From contig CM007989.1 in the NCBI GenBank assembly GCA_002189035.1, positions 6,696,001-6,760,000 on the forward strand: 64,000 bases of DNA, read 5' to 3'. A program made the position numbers and the translations under genes. Source of the stretch: Utricularia gibba. Its lineage: Eukaryota > Plantae > Magnoliophyta. Below, in pieces: positions 26,901-41,102 of this stretch (within the stretch, counting starts at the first letter, position 1; each line of letters starts with the position of its first letter). Below the pieces are notes generated by a model. It searched no databases. It saw nothing but the letters and a program-made list of their open reading frames with translations, and was not told the origin of the DNA.

Positions 26901-29900
26901 GTCGGTCTCTATTAATTTAATATGCTATTGCTTGTCTTGATTTATAAAAGCTAGTTTCAACTTTTCTGCTAATGTCATTATATGTTGCACTCTGATATGT
27001 TACAATGTGTGTTTTAATTTGTACCTTTGGATGTGATTTTTTCATCCGATTTTGTGACTCCAATTGTGAAAGCATTTTCCAATGATCAAAACTCTGTAAC
27101 GCTGATATATGCTGCCTTTGGTTGCATTTGGTGGTGTAGGAGGTCTCATCAGCTGTTCTGAAGGCAACTAGATATTCTTCTGGGTTGAATAGTGATTTTA
27201 GTATTCTCTCTTCTCTTAATTCTCAGGTAAGTGTCCCCTTTTCCTGTTTTACCATCTTCTTTCATGTCTACTTATCTGTTTTTGTCTGTCTCCTCTTCCA
27301 ATTGTCATATAGCTTTTTGAGAGCTCGGCCTCAATGCATTTGTCAGCTGTTCAATCGCTTCTTTCAGCTTTAAGGCAATTATCACACCAATATATGATGT
27401 CTTCCTCTAGTAGCATGACACCGACATCAAACCAAAAATTTGGAGTTGTGAGATTCTGTGTAGATCGGGTGCTATCAATTCTCATAAATAATCTTCACAG
27501 TATGATTTTGAGTTTTACCTTTACATCATTTCTGTGCTTTTCCTTTTAACTTTTGTCTTTGCAGATCATTTTTAGTACTTTTTCATGGATGCTGAATTCT
27601 GTTTTTCCAGCTCCACCGCTTTTGTGATTATAAAAAGAGTTGGCATATGGGCCAAGTGACCTAATTTTTCGGATTTTTTGTCATTATCCACAGGGATTGA
27701 GCCATTATGGAGTGAGATAGCAGAGCATTTTGTTGTGGTAATCTTTTAAATTTTATGCCCCAAAAAAAGTTGTATTTTTGACACGTGATTTTGCAGTCAG
27801 ATTCCATTTGTTACAAATTCAATGTCCTGCAGCTTTGTAATAGCTCCAACACAGAACTTCAAGCCATTGCCCTTGTGGCATTGGATAAATCCATATGTGC
27901 TGTCTTGGGCTCTGACTATTTTCATGTGAGTTCTTTGAAAAAAATATGCTGAAGCATAGTAATGAGAACACCTCTTCTGTCAAAGTACTCTGTTCTTTGA
28001 AATCTTTCTGTGACTAGATGTCATTCAGTTTATTGTTCTCGTGAAGTCAATGAACCAGTCAAACTTGAGGATACTGGAACGAAATGTAATGTCCCCATTA
28101 AACGATCTGTATTCTTCATCCAGAAGTTTTGATGTTCGTATAGGATCTCTCAAGATTCTTTTGCATGTTCTAGAGGTATGGTCTATTCTCGTTTTAGAAA
28201 AATTTATCTTACTTAATGTGTGATCCATTCTCATTTTAGAAAAGTTTTTCTTAATTAATCTTCCATAGTTAATGTAATCTTTGGGATATAATTAATTGAT
28301 CAGAGGCATGGAGAGAGGTTGAGATATAGCTGGTCGGATATTCTTAGATTGTTAAGGTACTTCTTTGTTTCTTGTATTTCATTCTAGATGATTTGGATTA
28401 GGTATCTCTGAAAGCATTCCACAAATGCTTTAGGTCCATTGCTAATTCAAAGGAGAAGGATTTCATAACACTTGGATTCCAGGTGAGAAAAGGAAAGACA
28501 TACCTCTCATTTTTATTTTAGTGACTGCTAATGTTCACTTGGGATATATTTGGATATGCTACCCTTATCTCAAGCAGCTTTTGTGCGCTAAATGCTTGGA
28601 AGTATATTTCCTGGTGTTTTGGCACACAATTTTTTTGTCTTGGAGGCGTTTGCTTGTGTTTTAGAACACTTGAGACATTTTTGTCCATATGTCTTCATCA
28701 TATCAGGGACCCCATGTCGATTTCCAGCATTAACTCATCTCTCTTGTCTTCTTATCATTCGTGAAAATGTATAAATCAATATTGGAATCAAAAGTTTTTT
28801 AATCATAGGCTTTCAGCACTGCATCACTTGATAGCTTTTTTGTATTAAGTTTCAGCGCTCAAGCCTTGTGTTGTTAGAATATTTGGATCAGCTAACCCAG
28901 TTAATGTTGTCTTATAGAGCCTTCGTGTGGTGATGAATGATGGGCTGCCCTCAGTACCTGCTTATTGCCTCCATGAGTAAGGAGTTGGAACATCGTTTAA
29001 CTTGTTTTTGTTTCATTTCTTATAGTTCTCATAGTTGATATTTATCTTTGCACTGGGATGCATGATCATTTTACGTTGTGATTCCTACCTGTGGCTCATA
29101 AAATGATTTATAGAAGTCAGAACATTTATGATATTGTAAAGAGTATGCCTTCAACACAGGAGATACTGAGATTTCTAATATCCATTGTTAATGGAAAAAA
29201 TGTCATATATTGCGTCGTTAGTTAAATTCTGCTCATATTCTTTTAGATGCATTGATGTAACTGGGGCTTTCAGTACTCAAAAGACCGAGTTAAATATAAG
29301 TTTGACAGCAATTGGCTTACTGTGGACGGCTGCGGACTTCTTTGTGAAAGGTCTGACACATTGCGGTGAAGATGGATGCCATAGAGGTTCACTATCTCTC
29401 GTAGAGTGTAGAATTTTTGTCTCATGAATAATGATTGACTTCCTTCTCTTCCAGATCAAAGTAATGGTGAGAAGGAATCAGGTGTTTGTCTCTGTCATGA
29501 TGAAGTGGCTGGTGTTGAATCAAATACTATTGAAAGTGACAAGCTACTATTTTCCGTTTTTTCTTTGCTTCATAAGCTTGGAAGTGATGACAGACCAGAG
29601 GTAATTAGATTTCGTTATTGGATGCATGGCATAATTCTAGTATGTTATGCCGTTCACATTAAGCCAAGCTAATATTTTCGATTTTTTTTCTTCTCTTTCA
29701 AATATACCTTTCAAAAGAATGTATTCAGCTAGCATTTTTGTTGAAAATTCTAGTTGAACATTAGATATCTGAAGCAACTGGCACCTCTCTATGTAAGATT
29801 TTCTTGGTTGGTTGTAGGTTCGGAATTCTGCAGTGAAAATGCTTTTCCAAACTCTAGGAGGTCATGGGCAGAAGCTTTCTTCGCCCATGTGGGAGGATTG

Positions 29901-32900
29901 TATAAAGAATTATGTTTTCCCAATGTTGAATCTTTCCTCTCACTTGGTAAGAATGAGATAGATATATATATATATATATATATGTCGAAGTCTGTTTCTT
30001 TCTTTTCTTTATAGAAATAGATATGTTTTCTCAGGCCGCAACCTCTTCAAAAGATGAATGGCATGGCAAAGAACTAGGAACTCAAAAAGGGAAAGCAGTT
30101 CACATGCTTGTGCATCACAGGTAAAACTAGTTCTTCTTGCTATTCCTAAAATGTTTATCAATTTCCTAATTTGTTAATACAGATCATTGTCCTTTAACAT
30201 ATTTTTGCAGTCGAAATACAGCTCAAAAGCAATGGGATGAGACACTTGTGCTTGTACTGGGTGGAATTTCGCGGATTTTAAGATCTTTTTTCCCTATTCT
30301 CATGAATTTACACACTTTCCAAGATGGTAAGCTTTTTTGGTCTATTCTTCTCTTATTTTAAAACTTCTAGCACGAACTTAATTCAAATCTCAATATAGAA
30401 TGGGGGCCTCTGCTTTTATCCTTAAAGGCTAGCATTTTGGGAGGTAGCAAGGAAGTTGCCCTTGCAGCAATTAATTGTTTACAGTCTACTGTTTTATCTC
30501 ATTCCCCAAGGTCAGTGCTTGATTTTTTTTTCCTTTTTTGTGCTCTACTGTGGTCATGGAACTTGAATCTTTTTCATGATTTACAATATCAGAATTTTTG
30601 ATATTTTTTTTTTGCATAGTCTGATTATGTTCTTTCTTGTATTCCCGATCAGGGAAATCTACCAGCTATGTATTTGAAATCAGTACTTGATATATATGAG
30701 GCTGTTCTTCAACAGCTATCAAACACTAGCAACTACAAGGTGAAACAAGATATTATGCATGGACTTGGTACTTGGGCTTGAAGCCATCATCCTGTATTCT
30801 AAACTTAATTAATGCTAGTTTACTACACATCAAATTTCTTTTTCTTTTCTCTCTTCTCTGCCGAGAAAATGAGACAACCACTGACTTTGTGTTTATGGAA
30901 CATTTTTTGCAGGGGAGCTGTACTCACGAGCTTCAGCAGTTTTCAATGCTGATTTGTACAAACAGTTGATATTGATTGTAGATTTTGCAGTTAAAGAATC
31001 TGAGAGCGCAAATGATAACTTTGAAGCTGAATATGTAATTCGATCCTTTTCGAGGCTGCTCATACCATTCTGTGATCATTGTTTTTATGCTGCTCCGTGA
31101 TTCTACATCTTTAAAGTAGTAGCTTTTTCATTCAAAACATGAATGTGGAAAACTTTGTCTTGATGCTGTAGCGTTCAATGAATGCTGTTACTTTTGGCCT
31201 ACAGGGTCATGTGCCACCTGTACAACGTGCTATCCTGGAAGTTTTGCCACTATTACGTCCAATAGAGCAGCTCAGTTCCATGTGGGTCTTTCTTCTTGCA
31301 GCTTTACTTCGCTACCTTCCTGCAGATGATCTTCCAAAATTAGAGGGTAATAGTTTTACTTTATTTCATGTGCGGTCTTTTGTGTGATTTGCATTGTAAA
31401 TTAATTATAGTGTTTCGTTTTGTAGCTGAAGATACGCTTGATTGGGAAAAACCATTAAAAGAAGAGTTGGTTGTGAATGTGAATCCGTCATCACCATCAA
31501 TGACCAAAATCACATCTGGTTTGTTCATGGAGAAGCTCATCCCTATTGTCATCGAGCTGTTTTTGCAAGCACCAGTTCAGCAAATGAATGAAATACTTCC
31601 TGACGTAATTCATTGTATGGGAAGGTTAGGTTTTTTTGCCACGCAATGCTCTTGTTATTCTTTTGAAATCTTCATGTGTGTGTGAGGTTTTATTAACTAT
31701 TCGTGATGTATTTGTTGTTCCTTTCTTCTTTTATCCGGAGTATGAATTGTTTTTTAAAGCATTTACTTCTACATTGAGAAATACGATCACATTTTTTTTT
31801 TCAGATTTAAATCCTTTTTCAATTATCTTTGGTGATATTTATTTCTATCAAGTCTTTAACTTTTTTTTTACTGACTTCCATCCAATGCATGTATTTTTGG
31901 CTGTTCCCTAGGTGCATGAAAACAAGAAGGGATGACCCTGATGGTAAACTGTGGAGGGTAGCTGTGGAGGGCCTTCAACGTATTACGATTGATTATATTA
32001 GAAAATCAAGCCCAGCCCTTGAGTCGGATGTAAAAACCTCCAAAACTTCCAGAATTCATGTATGGCGAGCCATTGCAGATATTTATGAAATATTTTTGGT
32101 GGGCCACTGTGGCCGTGCTCTCCCTTCAAATGCACTTTTGGAAACTTCACGCTTAGCAGATGAGTCTCTCGAAATGAATATCTTAGACTTTCTTGGAGAG
32201 AAGATTCTTGGTTCTGAAATCGATATACCTCTTGATGTAACAACCCTCTCCCTCACCATCTAGGTTTCATCTTTGCTTGGAGTTACTTCATATTAAGCAT
32301 GCAATAGTAACTTTTCGTGCATGTACATGTATTTGTTGGTATGTAGTGCATTTTTTATGTGTAGTAGATGTTTATATAGGCACATATTCTGATTCAAAAT
32401 TGCTCTATCTGTTCACGTACAACTTGGTAGCGTTGACTGTTGGCTATTTCACTTGCACAAGACAACACTTCAGTAGAAAATTTAGCTGGGGATTCTCTCA
32501 TATGGTATGGTTATTCACAACTTGATCTTTCATTTTAGGTTGTTCAGAGACTGGTTTCCACCCTTGATCGATGTGCTTCGCGCACCAGCTCTTTGCCTAT
32601 TGAGACTGTCGAGCTTATGCCAGCGCATTGCAGCAGATTCTCTTTGTCTTGCTTACAGAAACTATTTTCCTTGAGCAGGTTGGGCATAATACGAAAAGTT
32701 TTGTAATCGTTTTGAATATTATCTTCAGCATATAACCATGGAAATTGCACTTGTAGCTGTGAGACAGGAGATTGGAACCTATGTAGATACGAACGTAGCA
32801 AAATATCAATCATGACACTGATTTCCAGATGTGATTCCATAATAGGCAAATTCTGGGCAGATGAGAATACCTTAGGTATGCATCTAAAACCGCTCATTCC

Positions 32901-33412
32901 TAAGATCTACGGTGACAGGATTTATGGTGCTCCATATTTTGAATCTCATTTTCGTATACAGATGGCCGAAGTATGCCTCCAGCAAGGGAAGATGAACTTG
33001 TATTTGTTCTACAACAGCTGGCTGGACTTGTAATTCATCCAGAACTAGCAAGCTGTCTTCCTTGCCCCCACACCTGGGAGAGGGGGATGCTACGAAGAAC
33101 GCTAAACGGCGCACTCATTTGCTTATCCTTTTCCCATCACTTTGCGAACTTGTTACTTCCAGGTAAGGAAAGAGCCAGTCATCCCTATTATATCATACAT
33201 CCAGCTCACTCACTACCTGACAAAGATGCAGACTTCTAGAATCAATCTCTCTCCCTCAGCCATTTTGCATGTTGAGGTATCTCTATTTCTGATAGTTTAA
33301 ACATCGTGTCCGCTGTAGGGTCCCCAAGGTTCAGGAACTTGTTCGAGACGTGCTTCGACTCACTGCGGCAGAACTGGGGCTGAATAAAGGTGACCTCCAT
33401 TCATGTGGGTAA
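20902..33412 (+). CDS. MON2: MON2 homolog (large ARF-GEF-like trafficking scaffold); three apparent 1-bp frameshifts
   Basis: About 40 exons. Starts MAAFMSALESDLRALSAEARRRYPAVKDAAEHAILK, with TAAATFRQAVALIFD, LTPKNVQALRTLFNIAHRL, ELNISLTAIGLLW, DDRPEVRNSAV, AQKQWDETLVLVL. Ends LHSCG* at 33412. The frame breaks at ~22861, ~30504 and ~33062. Confidence 0.93.
26049..26435 (+). other. GC-AG intron in MON2
   Basis: AG|GCATGC donor after ...VEKR. Splicing to 26436 keeps the frame (S-LVQSPSSK). Confidence 0.75.
29960..29982. repeat. (AT)n microsatellite in a MON2 intron
   Basis: atatatatatatatatatatat run. Confidence 0.8.
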
Positions 33413-34204
33413 CAACCAGCAGCCTTGTTCCTCATCCATCTCTGTTTGTTGTTAGTTTGCTTTTCCCGGCTTTGGCATACTTGCAACGATACGAGTAGTT
33501 AATTATCGCACTTTCCTGTCTCCTAGCCTGCGATGAAGCACTCCACTCTATGTATTTGTACCTATCCACATTCTTTTGGTGCAAAATCTTTTGCCCTCCG
33601 GAAACATTCCATGATGTCCCTTCGACATTTCTATGTATCATCCCACCACACCATGTTCTGGTTTCTTGGCTTCTTTCTCTTCTCTCTTGTGGGATGTTGT
33701 CTTTAAAGTTTTCACCTTCGGATAAACATGTTTTTTTTAGAGCAACACACTGAGCTAAGTTTCGGATAAATATTCAACCTGTGCACAGACCATTCAGCTA
33801 ATGATATTGTTACCTCGTTGGTCTCATCTGCCCAAGTTTCTATCCCTTGCACGACACATGGGATTGCGCAACACATGGGATCAATTAATGATATCACATC
33901 AACTACAAAGAGCAAGCGCAATCTCATAATCCACTCACTAGCTCAAACTACGAGCAACTTCAGGATAGATTTCAACACATCTTCGAAAGTTGGACATGCA
34001 AACTTACAAGTAAATGGAACCACTATGTACATGCGGAGGAGGAACTTGAGACTTGAGCAGGTACTTGCTTGCATTTTCTCTCCACTCAGTTCAGCTTCAC
34101 ACTTCAGCTGCAACCTTCTATTCAGATCAGTTTCTGGTAACCTTCTTTCCGAAAACCCGGTCTTCCAGACGACAAACTTGGAATGCCGATCCCCCATTCT
34201 GTCC

Positions 34205-37200
34205 CTAGTTGGTTTCATGTTCATCTTCAGCTTGGCTGACCTTGCTTTCTGCATGCTGCAATTTGTTTGAAGATGACCACTGATCTGGGACCACTAGGAA
34301 GTAGGTATTCATGGCTTTCCTGAACCTTCTCTTGTATTGCATCGGCGAAATAACGGTTGGTGAAGCGTTTTTCGGTCCACCAAGGATTCCTGAAGCCTTC
34401 ACCCATGTCTCGAGATGCTTGTCCCATGTATATTGTCGCATGAAGTCGATGATGCCAAGAACAAGCTCATGCCTCTCTTCGTCAACACCAACAAGAAGGG
34501 AGTAATCCATGACATCCACGGACTGCAAAAAATCTAGTAACATTCAGTAAAACAACTGTGCATGTAATAGGATATGAGCAAGATCGAATTACTTACTGCT
34601 AAAAAGGCAGTGTCATTCCAAACGGCTCTTTCCAAAAGCCTCTTTGCTTTATTTCCTATGAATATGGGGGAAGTAGGCATTGCTTCAATCAAGTTTTCAT
34701 CAAGCAAAACCTTATTGTTTCCAGAAGAATCTGAATTGTATCGTGACCTAGATGATCCTTTCAGGTCATAAAGCCGGGACAGATTTTTACCATAAAGCAG
34801 ATTCTCCATAACCAATAAATCCATTTTGGATTCCTTCCCTCCTTTAACATGCTTTGACGTAACCTTCTCATCAAAACAATCAGGAGGACGAGAATGTCAA
34901 CATACTACACTATCAAAACTATGTAATGAACACGAATGAAAGAAAAGGAATTGCTTATCAGTTCACGAAAAAAACATCAGACATACCTGATAGATGCCGA
35001 CAATCTTGGCTAGGCAGGTCGGACTTCCAGAGCCAACTGATTCTGAGAGATACTTGAAATACTCAGGACCAAACTTGATGAACGATTCCAACTCAGTCTT
35101 AGTCACCTGCTTAACAATAAACCGATCATCCAAAGTCTTTGCAAAGAAGACGTTACTTTTCCCACCTTGAGCACCCCAGTCCCTACATCTACTCAGAGAT
35201 CTAATAAAATCAACCTCTGATGGGCAGCATTTCCTTCTCAACGCCTCAAAACGCTTTGCATAGTAACATGTAACAGTGTATTTCACCTTCCCTGTCGGGC
35301 AATCATCACTAAAGGTAACTTTGGCATGCAAGGCTTTAGGAGATGTCAAAGAATCCGTTGAAAATGAACTAGGTGCTGCTGATACCATGTGTTCATCAGT
35401 GGGTCCCTGAGACCTGGAAGATTCTGATGGGGTGTCAGTTGACAACTGAGTAGTTCGTGAACTCTCGACTTCAGAAGACCGAAATGAAACCTCTGAATCA
35501 GCATCCTTGGGACTTTCGAGCTCATCGGAAAGTTGAACAAGATAATCAGGTGAAACAAGTGCATAAGCCACAACACTCGTTGGCTCTGCATCATAAACCG
35601 GAACAACAATGCCATTTGCTCCTGCTGGCAGCAGCAACCTGGCCCCACTTTGTAGTTCATGATCCCAAAATGATGCAGTGTAAGTGGGATCCTGACTAAT
35701 GAGCATATCGAAGTCTGGAGCATTCATACGAGGATAAGGTTCTAGGGAAAAAGAATACAGAAGTGAAGCATCAAAGGAGCTATGAGGGTATTCAGCAAGA
35801 CTATAACTTTTGGAAAAAGGCTTATTTTTAAAAGGTAAAGCCAGTTCCTCATGACAGCTTTCGATAATCATGTTCTGGGGCACTTCAATGGTCATGGAAT
35901 TATCTTCAGATTCATAATTTGCATCGCAGGTCTTGGAAATGGAGGCATTTTCACTAGTCCGAGATGGAACCGGAGTTTTTGATAAAGCAGCAGAACCTTC
36001 ATCAGATGGGACGACCAGGCAAGCAGTTTTGTCTACTGTTTCAATTGCATTAGCATCACAGTTGACATTGAACTGATCACAGAATGCAAGTGAACTTTTA
36101 TTTTCAGGACCATTAAAATCAGTACTTTGATGAGGAATCTCAGGAGGGCTGCACTCATCAGTTTCACAGCAACTGATGGTTTCATCAGACCTTATCTCTG
36201 GAACAACAATAGGGGAACTGTCTATTACTTTACCAGACTTCTCTTTCAAATCATCAGTCTTCCCAGACAGGTTGATAGAATCAGAGCATTCAATTTGTCT
36301 GTCATCGGACAGGCACTCATCCTTTAGATTATATGCCTCTCTAAGACAACGTTCCCAAATATAAGATTTCAAAGCAAGTTCTCTATGGAGTCGATTAAGC
36401 TCAAGAATATCAATTCTTGGTGTCCCTTTTAAATTTTTCTGGAGAGCTGCCTGTCAAATAACATAGTTCCATCTGAATTGAGTACAATAAAAAAGCTTGA
36501 GAGAGGGAATTGATATCTGACCTCAAATTCAGACTTCCCCTTCTGCAACATTTCCTCTAGCTCAGCTAAATGCCGCCTTGATTCGGAAGTATTAATGCTG
36601 TTCAAGCTACATTTTCGTTCTGTCAGAGAACGTAGAGCATTAAGAACTTCAGAAAATAACAGTTCACCTCGAGCAGCAACCTGATAAGTAATTTAGGTAT
36701 ATTACATTCTGGAATACTGTGGCCGACCAGCGCTAACAGTATTTAAGAATATAATGTTACCTCATTAAATTTTTTTTCTATCCACTCTTGGTTTCCGCAA
36801 TTAAACTCAACCATTGGAGGAGGCAAATATACTAAATAAACATCAATCGGCGCATAGCGAAAGCATGCAACCATTTTCCCAAAACTGCACAAGACAACAT
36901 TGTAAAAACCATGAACAAGAGGTGAAATGGCATGCAATCATCATAGCTTCAAGAGAAGAGAGGGTCTTTCTTATCCTGCAGCTAGAAACAAGAAGAAAAA
37001 AGAAGAGAGGGTAGGCAGAAACTGAATAACATTTGATGGTTGTGCTTAGTCTTAAAATATCAAGGCACATGAACATACAAAAGTGGTACCAGAGAAGAAA
37101 CTAATTAAGATCATACCCATAAAACCGAAGACAGTCTCTGTGTAGGGAATGGCCACAACTGGCCACTCTGCTTGCAGCAGCATGGTTTGAAAAACTTAGC

Positions 37201-40200
37201 TCCAAGAACTTACCAAAGGATAAACCCCATGCAGCATCAGACATTACAACCCTTCTTGTCGCAGGTGGAAAGCCATTGACTCTTGGACACCTCAGGCAGC
37301 GGTGCCACATCCATATTCTTCCATCTCTTTCACCAAGTAATTGAGTTTCTTGCAGCATCTTGACTGAGATTGTAAGCGTACCTTGTTGATGAGTGTAGCA
37401 CTGAACATGAGCTTCAGTTTGCATCTCACAAAAATGGCATCTATAATCCTGTAACGTAAATAATCCTCAGTTCATAAAAAGCCCACAAAATCAATAGAAA
37501 CATTAAAAAATTATTCTCTAGTCAGAAAAATAAACAAAGGACTACCTGATTAAATAAATAATCACGTAAGAAACGACCCAAGGGCTTGTCAGAGTTTCCA
37601 TAATATTTAATCCGGAAAAAATGGGGACGTTCACAGACGGTTCCTTTCCTGACACACCTTGATGATAATGATACCAAGATACTTTGCTGTTCCGAGGAAG
37701 GTGGGAATTCGTCCAAGGAACCAGTTTTCTTCTCATGAAATTCAAGATCATCTGAAAAGAATGAGGAATATGATACAGTCCTATCAGCATTGGAATCAAA
37801 GCAAACACCCTGCATATGTTTCAAATTTTCAGCTCTAAGTTCCTGATGTTCATCGCAATTTCCTGTAGTTTCTGATTTTCCAGCTTGAAGAGTCACTTCC
37901 TCTGAAGACAAGGGAAAACCAATGAAATCTCCTTCTAACGTACATGGGCGGGACTCCTCATTCAAGGAATCATTTTGTAAACGTTCTGTGAAATATGAAG
38001 TAGATAGGTTCGCAGAGGGAGAACCCCCCACGTGAATAGCATCTGAAAATGGACTGCCAGGAATAGTATCAAATGTCAACTTTGAACATGTCACACTGTT
38101 TGACTTCTCAAGTTCGTCAGCAGATTGGGGCCTATTGTCGTTTTCAATATCTGTTGCAGTAAAGCTACTAACAGTGGAGACGGTCCTCTCAGTTCTTAAA
38201 GGTTCATTTGGCAGTGACACAGAAATTGTGGAATTCACGGGAAGCACTGGTATAGAGGCACCTTCATCGGCAAGGAATGACGTTTCAAGAGCTAGCTGAT
38301 AAGCTGCGAAGACTCCATAATGCAAAACATGCTTCACTTTTTTTAATTCATCTCTGCTGGCACCTCGAAGTAAGACCTGAAGAAATCAACCCACCATATG
38401 AGCTCCTACATCTCACAGATGCAAGTTGTATGAACATAAGTAACTGAGCCAAATATTTCTCAGCTGGAACATATGCCAAATTAAAGGGCCTAAAAAAGCA
38501 TCTGCAGTCATCTAATCATGCTTCAAAAGACAAGAACTGGGATATGCAAGGTTTTTAAAAAATAATTGATGTTGAAAACAGTGGTACTAACCGTGCAGCC
38601 TAATGGTTTAGGACAACCTTCAAAATACATCAATGTCTTTAGTGGCTTTTTTACAGAAGCAGCAGTCTCGTGCTCTTCTATAAACTTCTCTACATGGAAT
38701 ACATCACAGTATCCTAATTTCAAGTCTGATAAGTGATCTATTGAAGGAACAATTTGGCTACCACAACATCGGGCTATGCGCTCTAAAAGTGGTCTTTTTA
38801 CATTTAGAACAAGTGATATATTTTTTGCAAGAAGGCACTCCTGTGCATATCTGGAGACAGTCTTCTCCACCAGCAGAACATTAGGATGATATGAATCTAT
38901 TCTTGCCACAGCCATCTTAAGATGATCTATTTCCTGAAAGAAATAAACAAAATGACCAAATGAGAAGTTCAAGTTGCATAGTTTATACAAGTACACATAA
39001 AATGTTTCCAAGATGCTGCCACAACACACTAATGCAGCAAACCTGTTGCAGCAGAGTATCGACGCTTGATAAAGTGTTAGAAACACGATGATATTCAAGC
39101 GACCCTCCAAGCAAAAGCAGGCGAGGTTTTTCAATTTTCGATGTCATCCTCCGGTGAGCCAAGTTTTTCTTGCAAACCACACCTCTGATTACCATACTGT
39201 TCAGAAAAAAAAATAAAAACAAAGATTTCAATTAGAGAAGGAATAGTATAGGGACATAGTAGGCTATAAAAACGAAAAGATGCAAAAACTCATCTCAGGG
39301 CGTACTTTTCAGCAATACTGCATTCGAAGAGACAATTAAGAAAAGAAGACCCATGCATGATATGTAACCAATACTTCTTGATGAAATATTAACGTCACTT
39401 GGCAATTAGAATTTAGAAGGCTCTCCCACGTTCGTGCTTTTTTTTTTTTGTGCACAAAAAAACAAGAGACTTTACTTACAATTTAAAAAAAATAAACATG
39501 CTCCAGATCCACCATTTTCAAGAATCGTGTAACATGTATGAAAATAAAAGTTCAGGTTGAACAGGAAACTACCAAAAAGTACCTCTCACTACGGTTACCA
39601 GATGCTAAACATTTTACTTTAACGTAACCTCCAGGGTCCATCTGTGCATTAGTGCTCATATCTGGCTTCAAAAAATTAGCCACCTCCCAAGACAATGTGG
39701 TAACTATTGTCAGCCAACTCTCTTCAGATTCATCTTCTGCCACCAGATTCTCTACCTGCAAGAGTTGAGCCACCAAGGCCCGAAAATGGCCATCAACTGC
39801 ATTCTTCATTACTCGGTTGTGCTCCTCATTTGATTTTTCCCTGCCACGACACATGTCAGATGCTGGATTATTGGACTTTTGTATGTATCCCCACTCCCCA
39901 CAAGCTTCCCCATCATCATCATCCTCGAGGGAAAATATTTCTCTTTCGTCTTGTTCATCATCAGGTTCAGGAGGAAGCCACAAAACTCCATTTTTTTCAA
40001 AGTCAACAGGCTCACTTTCCACATTTTCGGAAGCATACAGAGAAGAAGGCATCTCACACTCCTCAGGACCCTCTGGATAAAAATTATCATTTAAAGAGGT
40101 GCTCATCACACTCATGGAATCAACTGCATCCTCATCAGAGTGAGATTTACACGATCTGCATTCATCATCCATCCTATCAAATTGCAGAAGACCGTAGTAC

Positions 40201-41102
40201 CCACTAACCTCAGAAAAGGGTTTCGTTTTGTATCCTAGGTGAGAAAAATACGATTCCTCTTCTTCATCGTCACTTCTGTATAAAAATGTACAAGATAATT
40301 GTCAAAAAAAAATCCGACTTAGAAACATATATATGAAGATATCAAATCCACCGTTGTCAGAATCAATACGAAAATTGAAGAAATATTTTTAAGAAAAATA
40401 TCTAATTATCTCCTTTCTGGATTGAGCACTTTGATGAGACAATAACCAAGTACAGAATGTGGTAAGTGACGAAAAAAAAATCTCCCAGCAAACATACTCC
40501 TAACAGTCAAAGACATGAAGATAAATGAAGTACCTTATCTGGTTTGGAGATGCAATCTCATCTCCTACATAGGAGGTGAGACCACTGAGTCGTATTTCTG
40601 CAATATTTTGACTTTCCATTGCTGTTTTGGCTTGTGAGGATGCAACCGAGATCATTTCTGTAGAGTTTTCCACTGAGCCAAATACACTGCTAAAGTTGTC
40701 ACAGGTTCCACCAGATTTCGCGCTAATGTAACTTCCAGATGAAGTACAAGACTCGCAGGAGCAAACCTGGCCACTATTTTCCGCAGGTTCTAATGATCCC
40801 TGTCCCTGTCCCAATTGCTCATGGCAGTAGTTACACACCCTAATCCTATCCCTATCTTCCTGCTGAATACTTTGGTCATTAGGTGGTACAGACACCCTTG
40901 AAGTGCATTTGGCACAAAATATTCGGCCACAGTGTCGACAATGGTGCTTACGGTTGATCAAAGTGAACTGTGAGTCACACCCATAGCAGACCCTGCAGCT
41001 TTGATCAGGCATCCAAAAGTCCCTTGACAAATACGTGGGCTCAGAATGACACGAAATCCACGATTTGAACGACCCTAGCAGACCAGAAAACACCCTATCC
41101 AT
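34205..41102 (-). CDS. FAB1: 1-phosphatidylinositol-3-phosphate 5-kinase FAB1A/FAB1B type (PIKfyve)
   Basis: About 11 exons. FYVE domain (WMPDQSCRVC, RKHHCRHCGRIFC), Cpn60/TCP1-like domain (GVVCKKNLAHRRM), CCR region (HRCLRC, SCGHSLHRDCLRFYG) and PIPK domain (GGKSNVFFAKTLDDRFIVKQV, MENLL, YDLKGS, DYSLLVG, GIIDFMRQYTWDK). Stop at 34205. Confidence 0.95.

Noticed and set aside
26101-28255. Small intronic tandem duplications in MON2 (~26101/26148 and ~28190/28230)
   Set aside because: Ordinary slippage-type duplications with no sign of function.
33943-34254. 103-aa ORF as a frameshifted extension of FAB1
   Set aside because: The natural frame already ends in a short acidic tail like FAB1 homologs, and the ORF resembles no known domain.
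39707-40207. Long + strand ORFs opposite FAB1, and similar shadow ORFs opposite lipase, PP1, 4CL-like and ABC1K exons
   Set aside because: Antisense or off-frame shadows of real exons with no independent coding signal.
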